Below, piece after piece: positions 1 to 12,683 of a stretch of 64,000 bases of DNA (its first letter is position 1; each line of letters begins with the position of its first letter). The notes below the pieces were generated by a model that was not told the DNA's origin, did no database searches, and worked only from the letters and a program-made list of their open reading frames with translations. This stretch comes from Felis catus (taxonomy: Eukaryota). The stretch spans positions 26,910,001 to 26,974,000 of the forward strand of contig NC_058383.1 in the NCBI RefSeq assembly GCF_018350175.1, written 5' to 3'. Both the position numbers and the translations under genes were made by a program.

Positions 1-352
1 ATACCATATAAGTCATTCATTTAAAGTGTACAATTCACTGTTTTTAGTATATTCACAGAATGTGCAACCATCACGACAATCAATACTAAAACATTTCCTT
101 TATCTCCTCCCCCCAAACCCCATATGCCCCAGAGTCACTTTCCATTTCCCCTCAACACCCACTACCCCTAGGCAACCGCGAATCTACTTTGTCTCAATAG
201 ACTTGCCTATTCTGGGCATTTTGTATAAATGGAATCAAACAGTATATGGCCTTTTCTGACTGGCTTCTTACACCTGGCATACTGTTTTCAAGATTCATCC
301 ATGTTGTAGCATGTGTTGGTAATACTTCATGTCTTCTTATTGTCACATATTC
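1..352 (-). mobile_element. Old L1 (L1MB-like) 3' UTR fragment
   Basis: Typical antisense L1M 3' text: tttaaagtgtacaattca...tgtgcaaccatcac...gacttgcctattctgggcattttgtataaatggaatc. Confidence 0.8.
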
Positions 353-384
353 CTAATAATGGATTTTAAAATGTTGGCATCTTA

Positions 385-457
385 TTTACTTATTTATCCA
401 TAAGTTTTCATTTTAATTTCAGTATAGTTAACATACAGTGTTATATTAGTTTCAGTA
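385..457 (-). mobile_element. Short carnivore L1 3' terminal fragment
   Basis: ttttaatttcagtatagttaacatacagtgttatattagtttcag after a T-rich tail. Confidence 0.6.
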
Positions 458-789
458 GCTAACATGTCTACGAGTGGAACATCTATCTTCCTTCTAGAAG
501 AAGAGGCCTTATAGCAGCTTGAAAGGTCAGGTGCAGTCAAATAGGAATGTTATTCAAGGCTGGAGTGACTTTCCCACTGCCTTCCATGGTGTCCTAACCA
601 CACAAGAGGCCTCTACCTTCCCTCCTACTGGCCTCTGCTTGGGATGACGCACCCCCTGGTCGTGTGTAGTCCATGCATCCTCTTATTCTAAACTCAAGTG
701 TCTCTTTCCCTGGCTTTCTCCTCATTTTGACCTTCATTTTGACACGTTACACCTCTTTCCTTTTTGTGTTGTGACGGGGAATGGGCTTC

Positions 790-930
790 CTGTCTATGCT
801 AATGATTTCTCCAAGAGAGAGCCTGAATCTTACTAATTTTTGTATTCCAGGTGCCTAAGATGTTCTCGGTGAGTGTGAGGTGCTTGGTTGGTGTTTATCG
901 AATGGATAAATGAGTGACTGAACACATGAA
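790..930 (+). mobile_element. L2 3' end
   Basis: tgtattccaggtgcct...gaatggataaatgagtgactgaa tail. Confidence 0.5.
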
Positions 931-1289
931 TGGAAGAAACATACCCACTGAAGCCAGCGAGTGTGGTGTGTAAGCCATTTCTCCTGGCAGGTTTGAACCT
1001 GGCAGTTTTAGCTCCTCCTGTTTGAAATGACTTGTTTGAATGCGAGTGGGAATGACAATTGAAAGACTATTAAACTGCATAGGCATGAAGAACAGGGTTC
1101 TAAGAGTGGTTCCCTACGGGGGAGGGATCGGCAAGCCTGGCGGTGGCTCTCACTTACTTCTTCATTATAGACTTCGAGAGGAGAGAGTTGTGTGATAACA
1201 GGTGATTTGTACTCATCATTTTGAGGGAATTTTTTTTTTTTATAAAGAAGTACAAGAAGGAGCAGATGAATAAATACAAAATGCTGTTT

Positions 1290-1480
1290 TAGAGTTGAAT
1301 CTGAGTACCAAGCTGGCTCTGGGTGACTTGGGGCAAATCGCTTTCCCCTCTGAGCCATCTCCTCACTTGTGAAAGGAGACTGAGAAAGCCTGCCTCCTGG
1401 GTCCACCGTGAGGATCGAAAAGCACAGGGTCTGGCACACGGGGGACCCTTGACAAATGACAGCTGTCGCTGCTATTATTA
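1290..1480 (+). mobile_element. MIR
   Basis: gtgacttggggcaaatcgcttt...ctctgagcc...gtgaggatc...ctggcacac core and tail. Confidence 0.65.
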
Positions 1481-1724
1481 GCAATATTAGCAACACGCAG
1501 AAAAATGATAAACCAGGGAGTACAGAGGTCTCTGCCAATCTGGGACAGTCTTTGAAATCTAATTTTATTTATAGCCTGTCTGCTTATGCTGGGTAGCTTA
1601 ACATATTGATTCTTTGAAAACCGTGTGGCTTAACCCTGGCACAGAGGCTTTTTAATAAACTCTGCTTATTGGGTGATTACGTGGAAGGCAGCTGCCGTGA
1701 CCTCAGTGACCAAGTGAATCATTG

Positions 1725-1920
1725 TGATAACAGTAGCTGCCATTTATTGAGCTCTTACTATGAGCCACTTAGTCCTTAACACAGTTCCCACGAGATCTTA
1801 TAATCCCCATTTTACAGATGGGAAAATGAGGTACAGACAGGTTAAATATTTAAGGCCATATATCTTGTAAGTGGCTTATCCAAGATTCAAACCCTGGTCT
1901 GCTGGGTCAAAGTTAGTGAT
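1725..1920 (-). mobile_element. MIR
   Basis: catttattgagctcttactatg...ccccattttacagatgggaaaatgagg...gattcaaaccc. Confidence 0.75.
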
Positions 1921-1986
1921 CTTTTTGTTAGACCTGATGCCTCTCAAGTTGCAGATAATGTGGTATAAGAGAAAGAGAGTAGGGGA

Positions 1987-2167
1987 GAGGTGCCTCAGTG
2001 GCTCAGTAGGATAAGCGATAGACTCTGAGTTTCAGCTCAGGTATCGACCTCACAGTGGTGAGATGGAACCCCTTGTCGGGCTCTGCACAGAGTGTGGAGC
2101 CTGCTTGGGGTTCTCTCTTTCCTTCTGTCTCTGCCCACTCAAAGTAAATAAATAAACTTTCAAAAAA
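1987..2167 (+). mobile_element. Can-SINE (diverged)
   Basis: tRNA-like head gtggctcag, CT-rich middle, aataaa and A tail. Confidence 0.85.
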
Positions 2168-2429
2168 TGAGAGAAAGGAAGGGGGGGGAGAGATGATGCA
2201 AAGGGTCAGTGGGCTCTGAAGAAAGATATATGGCTTCCCAGTTTTCCCATTGGATGGCTCATGTCACATGTAGTGGGTCCTGGAAGACTTGGAATGAAGC
2301 GTGGTGGCTTTTTGCTGCTGTCGCTCATGCCAGGCGGTTCTGTGAACTCTGACCCAGAGTGCAGGCTGTGTGGGTAGGAGAGGTTGCCATGGAGACCTGA
2401 GGATGCTGAGCAAAGGACTACTAGCTGCC

Positions 2430-2580
2430 CCTCCGTATCCAGCCTTCCTTTCTTCCAGCATAAGATGATTGTTCATAGAGCATACGGTCACCTAGGAATA
2501 AAGACTGCATTTCCCAGTCTTCCTGGCAGCAATGTGTGGCCACATGTCTAAGTTTTGAATGATGGGATATGAGTGGTAAA
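2430..2580 (+). mobile_element. Ancient ERVL-class LTR fragment (LTR16/LTR33-like)
   Basis: ctgcatttcccagtcttcctggcagc...tgtggccacatgtctaagtt motif. Confidence 0.45.
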
Positions 2581-2789
2581 TAAGGAAGGGGAAATAATTA
2601 TTCACTGGACCCAGAATTCTAGTTTCCCTGCTTGAAAGTTGGTTTAAGGTCAAACTCTGCTGGACTCAAAATCAAAGCATATTTTTTTTTTTTAACATTT
2701 CTCTTTCTGAGTCATACCCATGGAAACGCCCAAACATAAGAACGAGGATGGTTCCTTTTTCTCCTGCCCCAGATGTCCATATACCTAAC

Positions 2790-3378
2790 TTCCATTCAAA
2801 ATTCATTTAAACCAATATACAGTGAGCATTTCCTGTGTGCCACATGCTGTACTTAGCCCTGGGGATATATCAGAGAACAAGACACAGACATTATCACCAA
2901 GCTGATACTCCAGAGGGAAGACTGACAAGCCAACAGTATAATACAGTACAAGGAACAGGAAAGCTGGAATGCAGGGGAGGTCCACAGAGGGACATTGAAG
3001 CTAGTTTATGGGATTGGGGAGGGCTTCCTGGAAGATGTTTTACCTAAGATGAGACTGACCTATGGGAAAGAGTTGGCCAGGTGAATTGTGGAGAAAGGAG
3101 GTTTCCAGAGGAAAGGCCAGGGAGGAGAGGGAGGGAAGCTTGGCACCTTTGGAGGGATATGGAGCCTGAGTTGGGGGCCAGGGTCAGATATTTCAGAGGT
3201 TTCTTGGTTATGCGTGGCATTTCAAACTCGTCCTGAGAGCAATGGGGAGTCACTGGAAGGTTCTAATATGGAAGTGATAATATCAGACATAATCTATAGA
3301 AACCTTCATTAGATGCAATGTGGAAGGGAGATTGGAGGTGGCCAAGCCTGGAAATGCAGACACCAGTTAGGTGGCTAT
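2790..3378 (-). mobile_element. L2 fragment
   Basis: attcattt...gagcatttcctgtgtgcca...gcaatggggagtcactggaagg...ccagttaggtggct. Confidence 0.75.
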
Positions 3379-3410
3379 TTCAACATATGCATTGCATGCA
3401 CACGTGCACA

Positions 3411-3422
3411 CCCACACCCACC

Positions 3423-3454
<32 letters not shown>
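3411..3454. repeat. (CCCA)n/(CA)12 microsatellite
   Basis: Read directly. Confidence 0.95.
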
Positions 3455-3985
3455 TAAACCCTTTACACCAAAAGTTTATGCAAGCACCAGACTATGCCTA
3501 CCATCAGGGGCTGGAAAACAATGTCTTAAGCTATTCTATTGTCTGTGACTTTGCTTTCTCATCTGTAGGATGGGAACAACCACAAGTGGCCCCTCAGTGT
3601 CTCTTGGGATTTCCAAGAGAATGGAAATGTCACATGATTGATGCCTTTCCAGCTCTGTGTGGATAAGTACAAAGAGCTGCTTCCAACCATCTCTTCATTT
3701 CCTCCAGTTCTTCAGTCCCCATCAGGTGAGGCATCTCTGGGACTTGCACAAGGGGAAGGCATTCAGGTGGGGATGCGGATCTGAAGAACAGACAAGTTTT
3801 AATTGGATTCCCATTTAGTGTCAAAGTTGAAACGAGGGGTGGGGAGCTATGACAGTAAAATTTAGAAATTACAGAATTGGCTGGAGACTTGCGGGGAAGA
3901 GTAGGAATCCATCTTGCCTGGGACTCCTTTGAATGGATAATGAGGATGAATGAGGATGTGCTCATGTTCTTTTTTGTGGGGTCCC

Positions 3986-4379
3986 TGTGTGAGTTTGCCA
4001 GGGCTCCCATAGCACAGTACCACAGACTGAGTGGCTTAAACATGGGGGATTTATTCTCTCACACTTCTGGAGGATAGAAGTCCAAGATCAAAGTGTCAGC
4101 TGCATTGGTTTCTCCTGAGACGTCTCTCCTTGGCTAATAGATGGCCGTCTTCTCCCTGGGTCTTCACATGGTCCTCCCTGTGTGTGTGTCTGTATCTTAA
4201 TCTCCTCCTCCTAGAAGGACGCTAGTCATACTGGATGAGGGCCCCGCCTAATGATCTCATTTTACCTTCATCACCTCTTTAAAAGCCCTGTCTCCAAATA
4301 TATCACCTTCTGAGGTCTTGGGGCTTAAGACTCCAATATATGAATTTGGGGGTGGGAGGACACAATGCAACCCATAACA
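3986..4379 (-). mobile_element. MaLR solo LTR (MLT1B-like)
   Basis: TG...CA ends; ctggaggatagaagtccaagatcaa motif; ends cccataaca; 5-bp TSD gtccc/gtgcc. Confidence 0.85.
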
Positions 4380-5712
4380 GTGCCCCGATGGCTTATCTAT
4401 ATAAGTGAGTATGAACAAACTGCCAGGAAACCCGACGATTGAGAAATATCCTGCTGAAGTTTATCCCCAGACTGAGAGATCTTGACTGAAACAGATTTGC
4501 TGCCACCTGGATTGTGGCAACAGCCACATTTTGCTGTTCTTTTATCTTGGCTCTAATGCACTGCTGTACGAAAGGATCCGCACCCAGTTTTCTCTTTCTT
4601 TACCCCTTTGCTGAACGAGTTTTGCTATGGCGACCACTGGCCGGAAAGTGCTAGCCCAGGGAGTGGCAGGGCCAGCCCGTGTTCTTCTCTGCTCACTTCT
4701 TGGACAGTCCCTGCTGTATGCCAGCTGCTGCATTAATCTCCAGAGTGCAGTTTATTGCTAATATTTTCCTCTGTGTGGGGGGAGGGGGGGAGGGGTGTGG
4801 CTGGGCAAAGTGGCACCTTCAAGAAAGCAGTCACATGGAAAATAGGATCCCCCCAAAGAGGGAAGCCACTCCTTCATCACTGAGGAGGTCACATTTGGAT
4901 TTTCGGTCCCACGCCGACCTGCACTCTGGTTATCTTGCAGCCGCTGGCTTCAGTGACACTTCCTGAGAGTTTTCAGTGGGGCTCCTCCTGCCGTCCCTGA
5001 AGTTGCAAACAGCCATCTGCAGACTTCACAGCCTTTTTACTCCCCTCAAGTCCTTTGAAGGAAGTTTCGTCCTCTGCCTCTTGGGGTTTGGAGTCTGGAT
5101 CATTCACAGCCAACCCCTCTGATGTGTCTGGTGCAGGAGTTTAGCAGTAGGCAGGGGGGAGGCAGCAATGAGATAGGATTCACCCTTCAAAGGGGCCTGT
5201 GACCCAATGAGTCATCTTCCTGAGAGCCATCCTCCGTGTCCCTCAGGGCCCTGAGGATCTTTGGGAGGCAGCACCTGTGTGGAAGAGAGACGGGGCATGT
5301 AGAGCAGGGGGAGTTTGTTGAAGTCTCCTGGTGTAAGCCAGATCCTTGTTGTTTGGTCCCCAGCATCCTGATGTCTGTGGAATCTGCATCGAACGCCAGG
5401 ATCTCCTTTGAGGGTCTTATGTTTGCCCATTGGTATGTTGGCGGCCAGCATTGTGCAAAGTTTGCCCAGCCAGCAGTCCCTCCACCGAGGTTTAGTTAGC
5501 ACGCACGGCCATAAGCAGTCCTGTGGCTTCCAGGGAGTCAATCAGAAGCAAACTGTGTGCTCAGAAGCGAACCGAAGCCTTGTTCCTTCTCCCTCTTATC
5601 CTTGGGAAACCAGGTGTGGAGGTTCCTTCTCCCCATGGAAGACAGTTTAGGTCCTGGGCTGCTTTTCCACTTCCCAGCTGGCCCCATTTGGACATTTCTA
5701 CCACGACTTTTT

Positions 5713-5790
5713 GTTCATTCATTCATTCATTCATTCACTCATTCCACAAATATTTATGTGAGCATCAGTGGTGTTCTAAGCACTGCTTAG
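5713..5790 (-). mobile_element. L2 3' end
   Basis: (ttca)n tail then caaatatttatgtgagca. Confidence 0.65.
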
Positions 5791-5796
5791 TCGTAC

Positions 5797-6194
5797 TGTG
5801 ATGTGAGGCTTAACTTTATGCATCAACTTGACTGGGCCATGGGCTGCCCAGATATTCAGCCAAACATTGTTCTGGTTATGTGTGTGAGAGTGTTTCCAGA
5901 TGAGAATAACGTTTGACTCCATGGACAGAGTAAAACAGATTGCTCTCCTCAGTGTGGGTGGGCCTCCTCTAATCGGTTGAAAACCTAAACAGAGCAAAGA
6001 GGCTTGAGCTTCCTGTAAGTGAGAGAGAAATCCTCCTGCCTGGCTGCCTTCAAGCTGGGACATTAGCCTTCTGCCTTTGGTCTCAGACTCACCCTGGAAC
6101 TCACTCCACAGGCTCTCCTGGGTGTACAGCTTGCCAACTGCAGATCCTGGGACTTCTACTGGTTCTGCTTCTCTGAAGAACCCAGACTAATACA
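5797..6194 (+). mobile_element. ERV-L solo LTR (MLT2 family)
   Basis: Starts tgtgatg...tcaacttgactgggccatggg...cccagatatt; ends tctctgaagaacccagactaataca. Confidence 0.88.
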
Positions 6195-6466
6195 TCTGGG
6201 AACCCAGAAGTGAAATAAACCAAGCCTCCACCTTTGGGTGTGAGGATGGAGTAGGGGAGGTCTCTGCACCTGGTTTGTCGTTATCAGGACAAATTTGCAC
6301 AGCACTTTTAGTCACATAATAGTCTCTAACTGGAAAAACAATTCCCTGAACCCACTACCTCCCTGCCCCATCCTCCACCTCCCAGAACTCTGGGATGGGA
6401 AAGGGGGTCTGAGGTGTGGAGATATATCTTTATACTGTTTCTCTTCTTCTTAAAGAAGGGATTCTT

Positions 6467-6654
6467 GGGGCATCTGGGTGGCTCAGTTGGTTGAGCATCC
6501 AACTTCGGCTCAGGTCATGATCAGGTTCATGAGTTAGAACCCCACATCAGGCTGGCCGCTGTCAACCTGTCAGCACAGAGATTGCTTCAGATTCTCTATC
6601 CCCCTCTCTCTGCCCTTCCCCACTTGTGCTGTCCAAAAAAATAAATATAAAAAC
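6467..6654 (+). mobile_element. Can-SINE
   Basis: Head ggggcatctgggtggctcag; TSD agaagggattctt. Confidence 0.92.
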
Positions 6655-6667
6655 AGAAGGGATTCTT

Positions 6668-6837
6668 TTTTTAAAATTATTTATTTTGAGAGACAGGGGA
6701 GAGAGAGAGAGACCCAAGCAGGCTCCAAGCTCAGCACATGGAGCTTGACACAGGTCTAGATCCCACACTTGTGAGATCATGACCTGAGCCAAAGACAAGA
6801 GTCAGATGATTAACCAACTGAGCCATCCAGGTGCCCC
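6668..6837 (-). mobile_element. Can-SINE
   Basis: Reverse head ctgagccatccaggtgcccc; same TSD agaagggattctt. Confidence 0.92.
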
Positions 6838-6842
6838 AAAGA

Positions 6843-7430
6843 AGGGATTCTTAATCTGTTTTGTGCCAGGGACCCCTTTGGCAATCTTATAAGCCCTTCT
6901 CAGAATAATGTATTAAAATACATAACATAAAATACATAGGGATATGAAGAAAACCAATAAACAGTTCTCAAAGAATTTTACAAATTGTGACATAATAACA
7001 CATGCCCTTCCTTTGTTAATCTGTTACATAACACGATTTAGCAGTGGGTTTAATAACAACTGTGATTTTATTTTACTTATTTTTTTAAATTAAGTTTATT
7101 TATTTATTTAGAGAGAGAGAGAGCAGGGGAAGGACAGAGAGGAAAGGAGAGAGAGGATCCCAAGCAGGCTCCGTGCTGTCAGCACAGAGCCAGATGTGGG
7201 GCTTCAACTCACAAACAGTGAAATCATGACCTGAGCTGAAATCCAGAGTCAGGGACTTAAATGACTGAACCACCCAGGCACTCCAAAAACAACTGTGATT
7301 TTAAAGTACTGATGAGCATAAGTTATATATTGAAGTAATTGTAACACCTGGGATGTGATAGGAAAATAGCCATGATCTGTTGATCACCAAGGTCCAAATA
7401 CTACAAATAGTATAGCAGTTTATCACCCAC
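6843..7430 (+). mobile_element. hAT-Charlie non-autonomous DNA transposon (MER119-like), split by a SINE
   Basis: agggattcttaatct...gacccctttggcaatc...cccttctcagaataatg...aaatacataggg. Confidence 0.65.
7071..7284 (-). mobile_element. Can-SINE
   Basis: 16-bp TSD aacaactgtgatttta (7055-7070, 7288-7303). Confidence 0.92.
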
Positions 7431-7580
7431 TGTCTTGGTTTGCCAGGGCTGCCTTAATAAAGTACCATAAATTGGACAACTGGGACAACAGAAATTTACT
7501 TTCTTTTTGTCCTGGAGGTTGGAAGTCTAAGACCAAGGTGTTGGCAAAGGCATGCTTCCATTGAGGATGCTAGAAAGTGT
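7431..7580 (-). mobile_element. MaLR LTR fragment (MLT1C/D-like)
   Basis: ccagggctgcc...aacagaaattta...ctggaggttggaagtctaagaccaaggtgttggca. Confidence 0.7.
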
Positions 7581-8638
7581 CCAAGATGGTGTGATAATCT
7601 ACAGATACACCTTGCATACAGGAAAGAGAAGTGGAGTTGTACTTGTGAAAAAAAGTAGACAAGAAATAAACTCTTTAACTAACCCATACTCTCTTACTTG
7701 GGTCTTACTTTTTCCTCATTGGCCAATGGAGCATCTCTCCAACTCCTGCTTCTCCGACAAGCAGTAAGCAACTTCAATGACCCAATTTTCTAGCCCTGAA
7801 ACCACCCTTCTTAGGAATATATGGTGAATAGGAACTACTTTTTTTTTTTAATGTGAAAGTCAAATGTTATCATGTCACCTCCGCCCCCCTCCCCCCGCCA
7901 CTACTCCTTCGATGACCTTTGCTTTGCCTTCAAAATGCTTAAAGTGGCATCTGAGGCCCCACACAACTGGCCCTGCCCACCTCCCTAGCAACATCTCACT
8001 CTCCGCTCACCCCTGCAACAGTCGGGCCACCCACTTTCTCTCAGGTCATTGAACACACCTATCTCCCTTCTGCCCCCAGCTTTAGCTCATGCTATTGTTC
8101 CACTGTTGATTCAGAAATGCCAAGGATTTCTGTTAAGATGTGGGGGGAGTGTGCCTTTCTTGCTTCTGTAAATTCACAAGAAGCAAGATAGTGTGAAAAC
8201 TCGGGTGTTTAGAGACCCATGGAAGACACATTTTCTGGGGGTAAGAATTCAGTTAAACTAAAACATTGTGTTTTTGAATGAAGATACCAGTTTCCTTTCT
8301 TTGCACCTTCAACTGGATTTAAAACTTACATTACAGTGTGTGTGTATGTGTTGCGTGTACTCCTTGGTAAAAACTCTTTCTTACAGACTTGGAATAATTA
8401 ACTTCCCACATGTGCAAACTGCTAGAATAATCATCTAACTGTGCTCTGTAAACCAGGGTCCGAAATGTTAATGTTACCTGAGACATGAACATTCCCATGA
8501 GGTGGAATTTGACTTGTTTTGTGTAAGCAGAGTGTATGTACCTGAGACAGGGACAGAGACAGAGACACTTTAACCTAAAGGAGCATTTCCTGTATTTTGT
8601 TCATGTGTTTACTGCCACTAAGATTTCTGCTACATTCT

Positions 8639-8840
8639 GGGCCCCTGGGTGGTTCAGTTGGTTAAGCATCCGACTTTGGCTGAGGTCATGATCTCACGAG
8701 CCCCATGTCGGGTTCTGTGCTGACAGCTCAGAGCCTGGAGCCTGCTTCAAATTCTGTGTCTTCTTCTCTCTCTGCCCCTCCCCCACTCGTGCTCTGTCTC
8801 TTTCTCTTTCAAAAATAAACGTTAAAATTTTTTTTTAAAA
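8639..8840 (+). mobile_element. Can-SINE (felid type)
   Basis: gacagctcagagcctggagcctgc; TSD aagatttctgctacattc/aagatttcttctatattc. Confidence 0.93.
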
Positions 8841-8954
8841 AAGATTTCTTCTATATTCAACTACCATCTGTACTTAGTTCCTTATAGGGATTCACTATAT
8901 TTTCATAACATTTTTTCTTTAAATTAACCCACTTTTTATAAACTTAGCTTCTAC

Positions 8955-9215
8955 CTAAAAGAATATCAAACAAGCCACAGACAAGGAGAAAATAATTTCA
9001 AAACATGTATTTCATAACAGTCTAGCATCCAAAATATACAATGAACTCTTAAAGCTCAACAGTAAGAAAACAACCCAATTTTAAAAAAGGGCAAAAGTCC
9101 TGAACAGGCACCTCAGATTACAAATTGAAAATAAACATTTGAAAAGATGCTCTTTATCATCTGTCATTAGGGAAATCAAAATTAAAAATAACAATGAGAC
9201 AATATCATATAGACT
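8955..9215 (+). mobile_element. Old L1 ORF2 3' fragment (L1MC/MD-like)
   Basis: Degraded ORF2 text; ORF 9139 MKRCSLSSVIREIKIK resembles L1 MKRCSTSLIIREMQIK. Confidence 0.8.
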
Positions 9216-9354
9216 TGCTTGCTATAGACTGAATGTTTGTGTCCCCTCCCCCCACAACTTCATAGCAAGGCTCCCACAGTATTGTGAGATTTACCTCCAG
9301 GAACTTGACCAGTTTCTCACAATAAACATTGGAGAAAAATCCCCCATGCTTTTA

Positions 9355-9757
9355 ATGGGGAACATAACTAACCCCAGGAAAGGGAAATACCCAATTCCAA
9401 ATACCCACTCCAATAGACTCCCATGGGAGAAAGAGCAATACCCCTTAGGTGGCAGGATTGTGGTAGAACCCCACCCTAATGAATGTGGTGAAAATCTCAA
9501 GACAAAGGAAGACAACCTGGCTGTGTGCACATGTGCGACGTTCCTCCCAACTCTGTAACCTAGACTGCCCATTCAGACTGTATGTTACCATATATGGGAG
9601 ACAAAGGAGCAAAAAATGTACAAAAGGCAACCTCCCACTGCACTCGGGGCTCAGCCCTTTGGGTCTTAGCTCACTGAGCCCGTGCTGGCACGAATAAAGC
9701 TGCTTCGTGGAAAGAAAAGCCTTGGTGTCCTGACTCTCTGTGTAACTCACTGCTACA
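9355..9757 (+). mobile_element. ERV LTR (ERV1-like; 5' boundary uncertain)
   Basis: cactcggggctcag...aataaagctgcttc...terminal tgctaca; LTR-like U3/R/U5 layout. Confidence 0.6.
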
Positions 9758-9759
9758 GG

Positions 9760-11233
9760 ATTTCTTGATTGCTGTGGCTTTATAGTAAGTTTTGAAATAG
9801 GTCACTGTCAGTTCAATGTTGTTTTCCTTCAGTGTTGTGTTGGCTATCCTGGGTCTTTCATCTCTTCATAAAAACTTTAAAAATAGTTTGTCAATATCCA
9901 CCAAATAACTTGCCAGAACTTTGGCATTGCATTGGATCTCTAGATCAAATTGGGAAGAACTGACACCTTGGCAATGTTGAATCTATCCATGAACAGGGAA
10001 TCTCTCTCCATTTATTTAGTTCATTGATTTCTTTCATCGGAGTTTTATCATTTTCCTCAAAGATCATGTGCATATTCTATTTGATTTATACCATAGTATT
10101 TCATTTGGGGGAGTGCTACTTGTAAATGGTGTGGTGTGGTGTGTGTGTGGTGTGGTGTGTGTGTGTTTAAGTACACTTCACACCCAGTACAGAGCCCAAC
10201 ATGGGGCTTGAACTTACGACCCTGAGAGCAAGACCTGAGCTGAGATCAAGAGTCTGATGCTTAACTGACTGATCCACCCAGGGGCCCCTCTTTTCCTTTT
10301 TTTTTAAATGGTGTTGTGTTTTTTTATTTCAAATTCCACTTGTTCCTTGTTGGTATGTAAGAAAATGATTGTTGTATATTAATCTTGTATCCTGAAACAC
10401 TGCCATAATCACTTATTGCAGGAGTTTTTGTTGTCTTGTTTTGTTATAGATTCTTTTACATTTTCTATATACATGATCCTGTCATCTGAGGACAAAAACA
10501 GTTTTATTTCTTCCTTTTGAAGCTGTATACATTTTATTTCCTTTTCTTGCCTTATTACATTATCTAGACCTTCCAGTATAATATTGAAAAGCAATGGTAG
10601 GAGAAGATAAACTTGCCTAATTCCTTATCTTAGTGGGAAAGATTCAAGTTTCTCACCATTAAGTATGATGTTAGCATTAGGGATTTTTGTGTGTGTGTGT
10701 GGGGGGGGGGGTGTTTAAATCAACGTGAAGGAATCCCTCTCTAAAACTAATTTAGTAAGAGTTTTTATCACAAATGGGTATTGGATTTTGCCAAATACTT
10801 TTTCTGTATGGATATGATCACACGATTTTTCTTAGTTGGTTGATGTAATGGATTACATTAATTTTATTGTATTACATAGTTGATTTTTGTCTGCCAGTCT
10901 TACCTACCTGGGATAAACGGCACTTGGTCATGCTATATAATTTTTATGCATTTTTGGATTTAATTTGCTAATATTTTGTTAAGGATTTTTGTGTAAGAGA
11001 TATTGGTATATGTTCATGACAGACATTGGTCTGTAGTTTCCTTATAATGTCTTTATCTGGTTTTGGTTTTAGGGTAATGCCTGCCTCATAGAATGAGTTA
11101 GGATGTACCTCTCAGATTCTATCTTCTGAAAAAGATTGCGGAGAGTTGGTATAATTTCTTTTTTAAGTAGTTGGTGCTTTCTGTTTTGGAAGATTATTAA
11201 TTATTGATTCACATTCTTTAATAAATGTAGGCT
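9760..11233 (-). mobile_element. Old L1 ORF2 fragment covering the reverse-transcriptase core, disrupted
   Basis: ORF 10409-10594 [44 protein letters not shown] resembles L1 [42 protein letters not shown]. Confidence 0.92.
10165..10288 (-). mobile_element. Short Can-SINE inside L1
   Basis: Reverse head; flanking taaatggtgt repeat. Confidence 0.85.
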
Positions 11234-11784
11234 TCCCCTCCCCTCTCTTTTTAAGCAGTGCACTCTTCTTTTTTTCCCCAAATAAAGTCTTTCTAAGTGG
11301 GCAGACAGGCTAGGGCAGAACTACCTGGGCTGAGATTGGGGGAGGGCACCTAAAATTTTTTCTGGTCATCTTCCCTTTCCACCTTCTTTTTCATGACCCC
11401 CTCCCCGTAACTCGGATGACACCATAGAATCCTGTTGCTCTAAGGAACACAGCTGAGATACCACTGGTCTAAAGGTCAGCATAACTGAAAGGAGTGCACG
11501 ATGCTCTGATTCCCACTCAAAGACCCTGACAGCTGTGGACGAGCCTGGAGACTCCCCTGCACCTCAGTTCTGTCCCCTAACTGGCACTCTCAAGCCCTGT
11601 CTCACAAGATGTGGTAAGGATAAGAGACTAAGATGGATGCAAAGGTCCATATATCTTTGGAAGAATTTTGGGGCACAGTTATTTCAGGCTGAAAAGATCC
11701 AGGTTTTCTTTTGTTTTGTTTTGTTTTGTTTTGTTTTTAGTGTAGTGACTGTAGTAATCAGTTTATTACACAGATTAATCATTC

Positions 11785-11997
11785 TTTTTAAAAATTTGTT
11801 AATGTTTATTTTCAAAAGAGCGAGAGAAACAGAGCATGAGCAGAGGAGGGGCAGAGAGAGAGAGAGGCAGACACAGAATCTGCAGCAGGCTCCAGGCTCC
11901 AAGCTGGAGCCCCACAGAGGGCTCAAACCCATGAACCGGGAGATCATGACCTGAGCTGAAGTCAGATGCTTAACTGACTGAGCCACCCAGCCGCCCC
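11785..11997 (-). mobile_element. Can-SINE
   Basis: TSD agattaatcat. Confidence 0.92.
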
Positions 11998-12564
11998 AAG
12001 ATTAATCATCCTTGAACATACAAGCTCCAGGGGAGCAATTGGGTCTTTAAATATACGCAAGTATTTCCATCAAATGAATTTTCACTCTTACATCCACATA
12101 GACCTAAGCAGTTAAAAACACAAGAAAAGTAAGAGCTATTAGCTATGTATTAACTGAGAAACCACATACAAACTAAAGAATGTGGAAGACAGGAAGGGGA
12201 TAAAAGGACAAAGGTTTAAGGGTGGGGAAGTGCAAAAGATGTGGGAACAAAGGCCATGACCCTTTAGATGCTAATAGCTCCAATCCATCTGAATGTTGGC
12301 CAGTTAAACTTAGACCTTAAAATGCAGGATGTGAATGGATTTTAATCTGTTTGGTCACTACTTTCACCTAAGATGGGGGTCCTTCGAAATAAAATGAATA
12401 CAGAAACAGCTTCATGTTCTTCACCTTGCTTGAGAAGATCCAGGTTTAATGCTTTAATGCACACTGCTGGTGGGAGTGGAAACTTGTGCAACACTGTGGA
12501 GAGCACTTTGGTAGTATGGGGTCAAGCTGAATCTGCAACTGGCCCTCTGACCTGACGATGACAC

Positions 12565-12639
12565 TTTATTTTATATATTTATTTACTTTAAGAGAGAGAG
12601 ACAGAGAAAGGGAAAGCACGAGTGGGGGAGGGGCAAAGA

Positions 12640-12683
<44 letters not shown>

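Noticed and set aside
1008..1538. 176-aa minus-strand ORF with a hydrophobic, signal-peptide-like N-terminus
   Set aside because: It runs antisense through a MIR and a T run, matches no family I recognise, and has no exon support.
5797..6194. MLT2 LTR as the missing LTR of the ERV-L fragment at 21590-24035
   Set aside because: It is 15 kb away, on the opposite strand, and sits as a solo LTR within L2 sequence.
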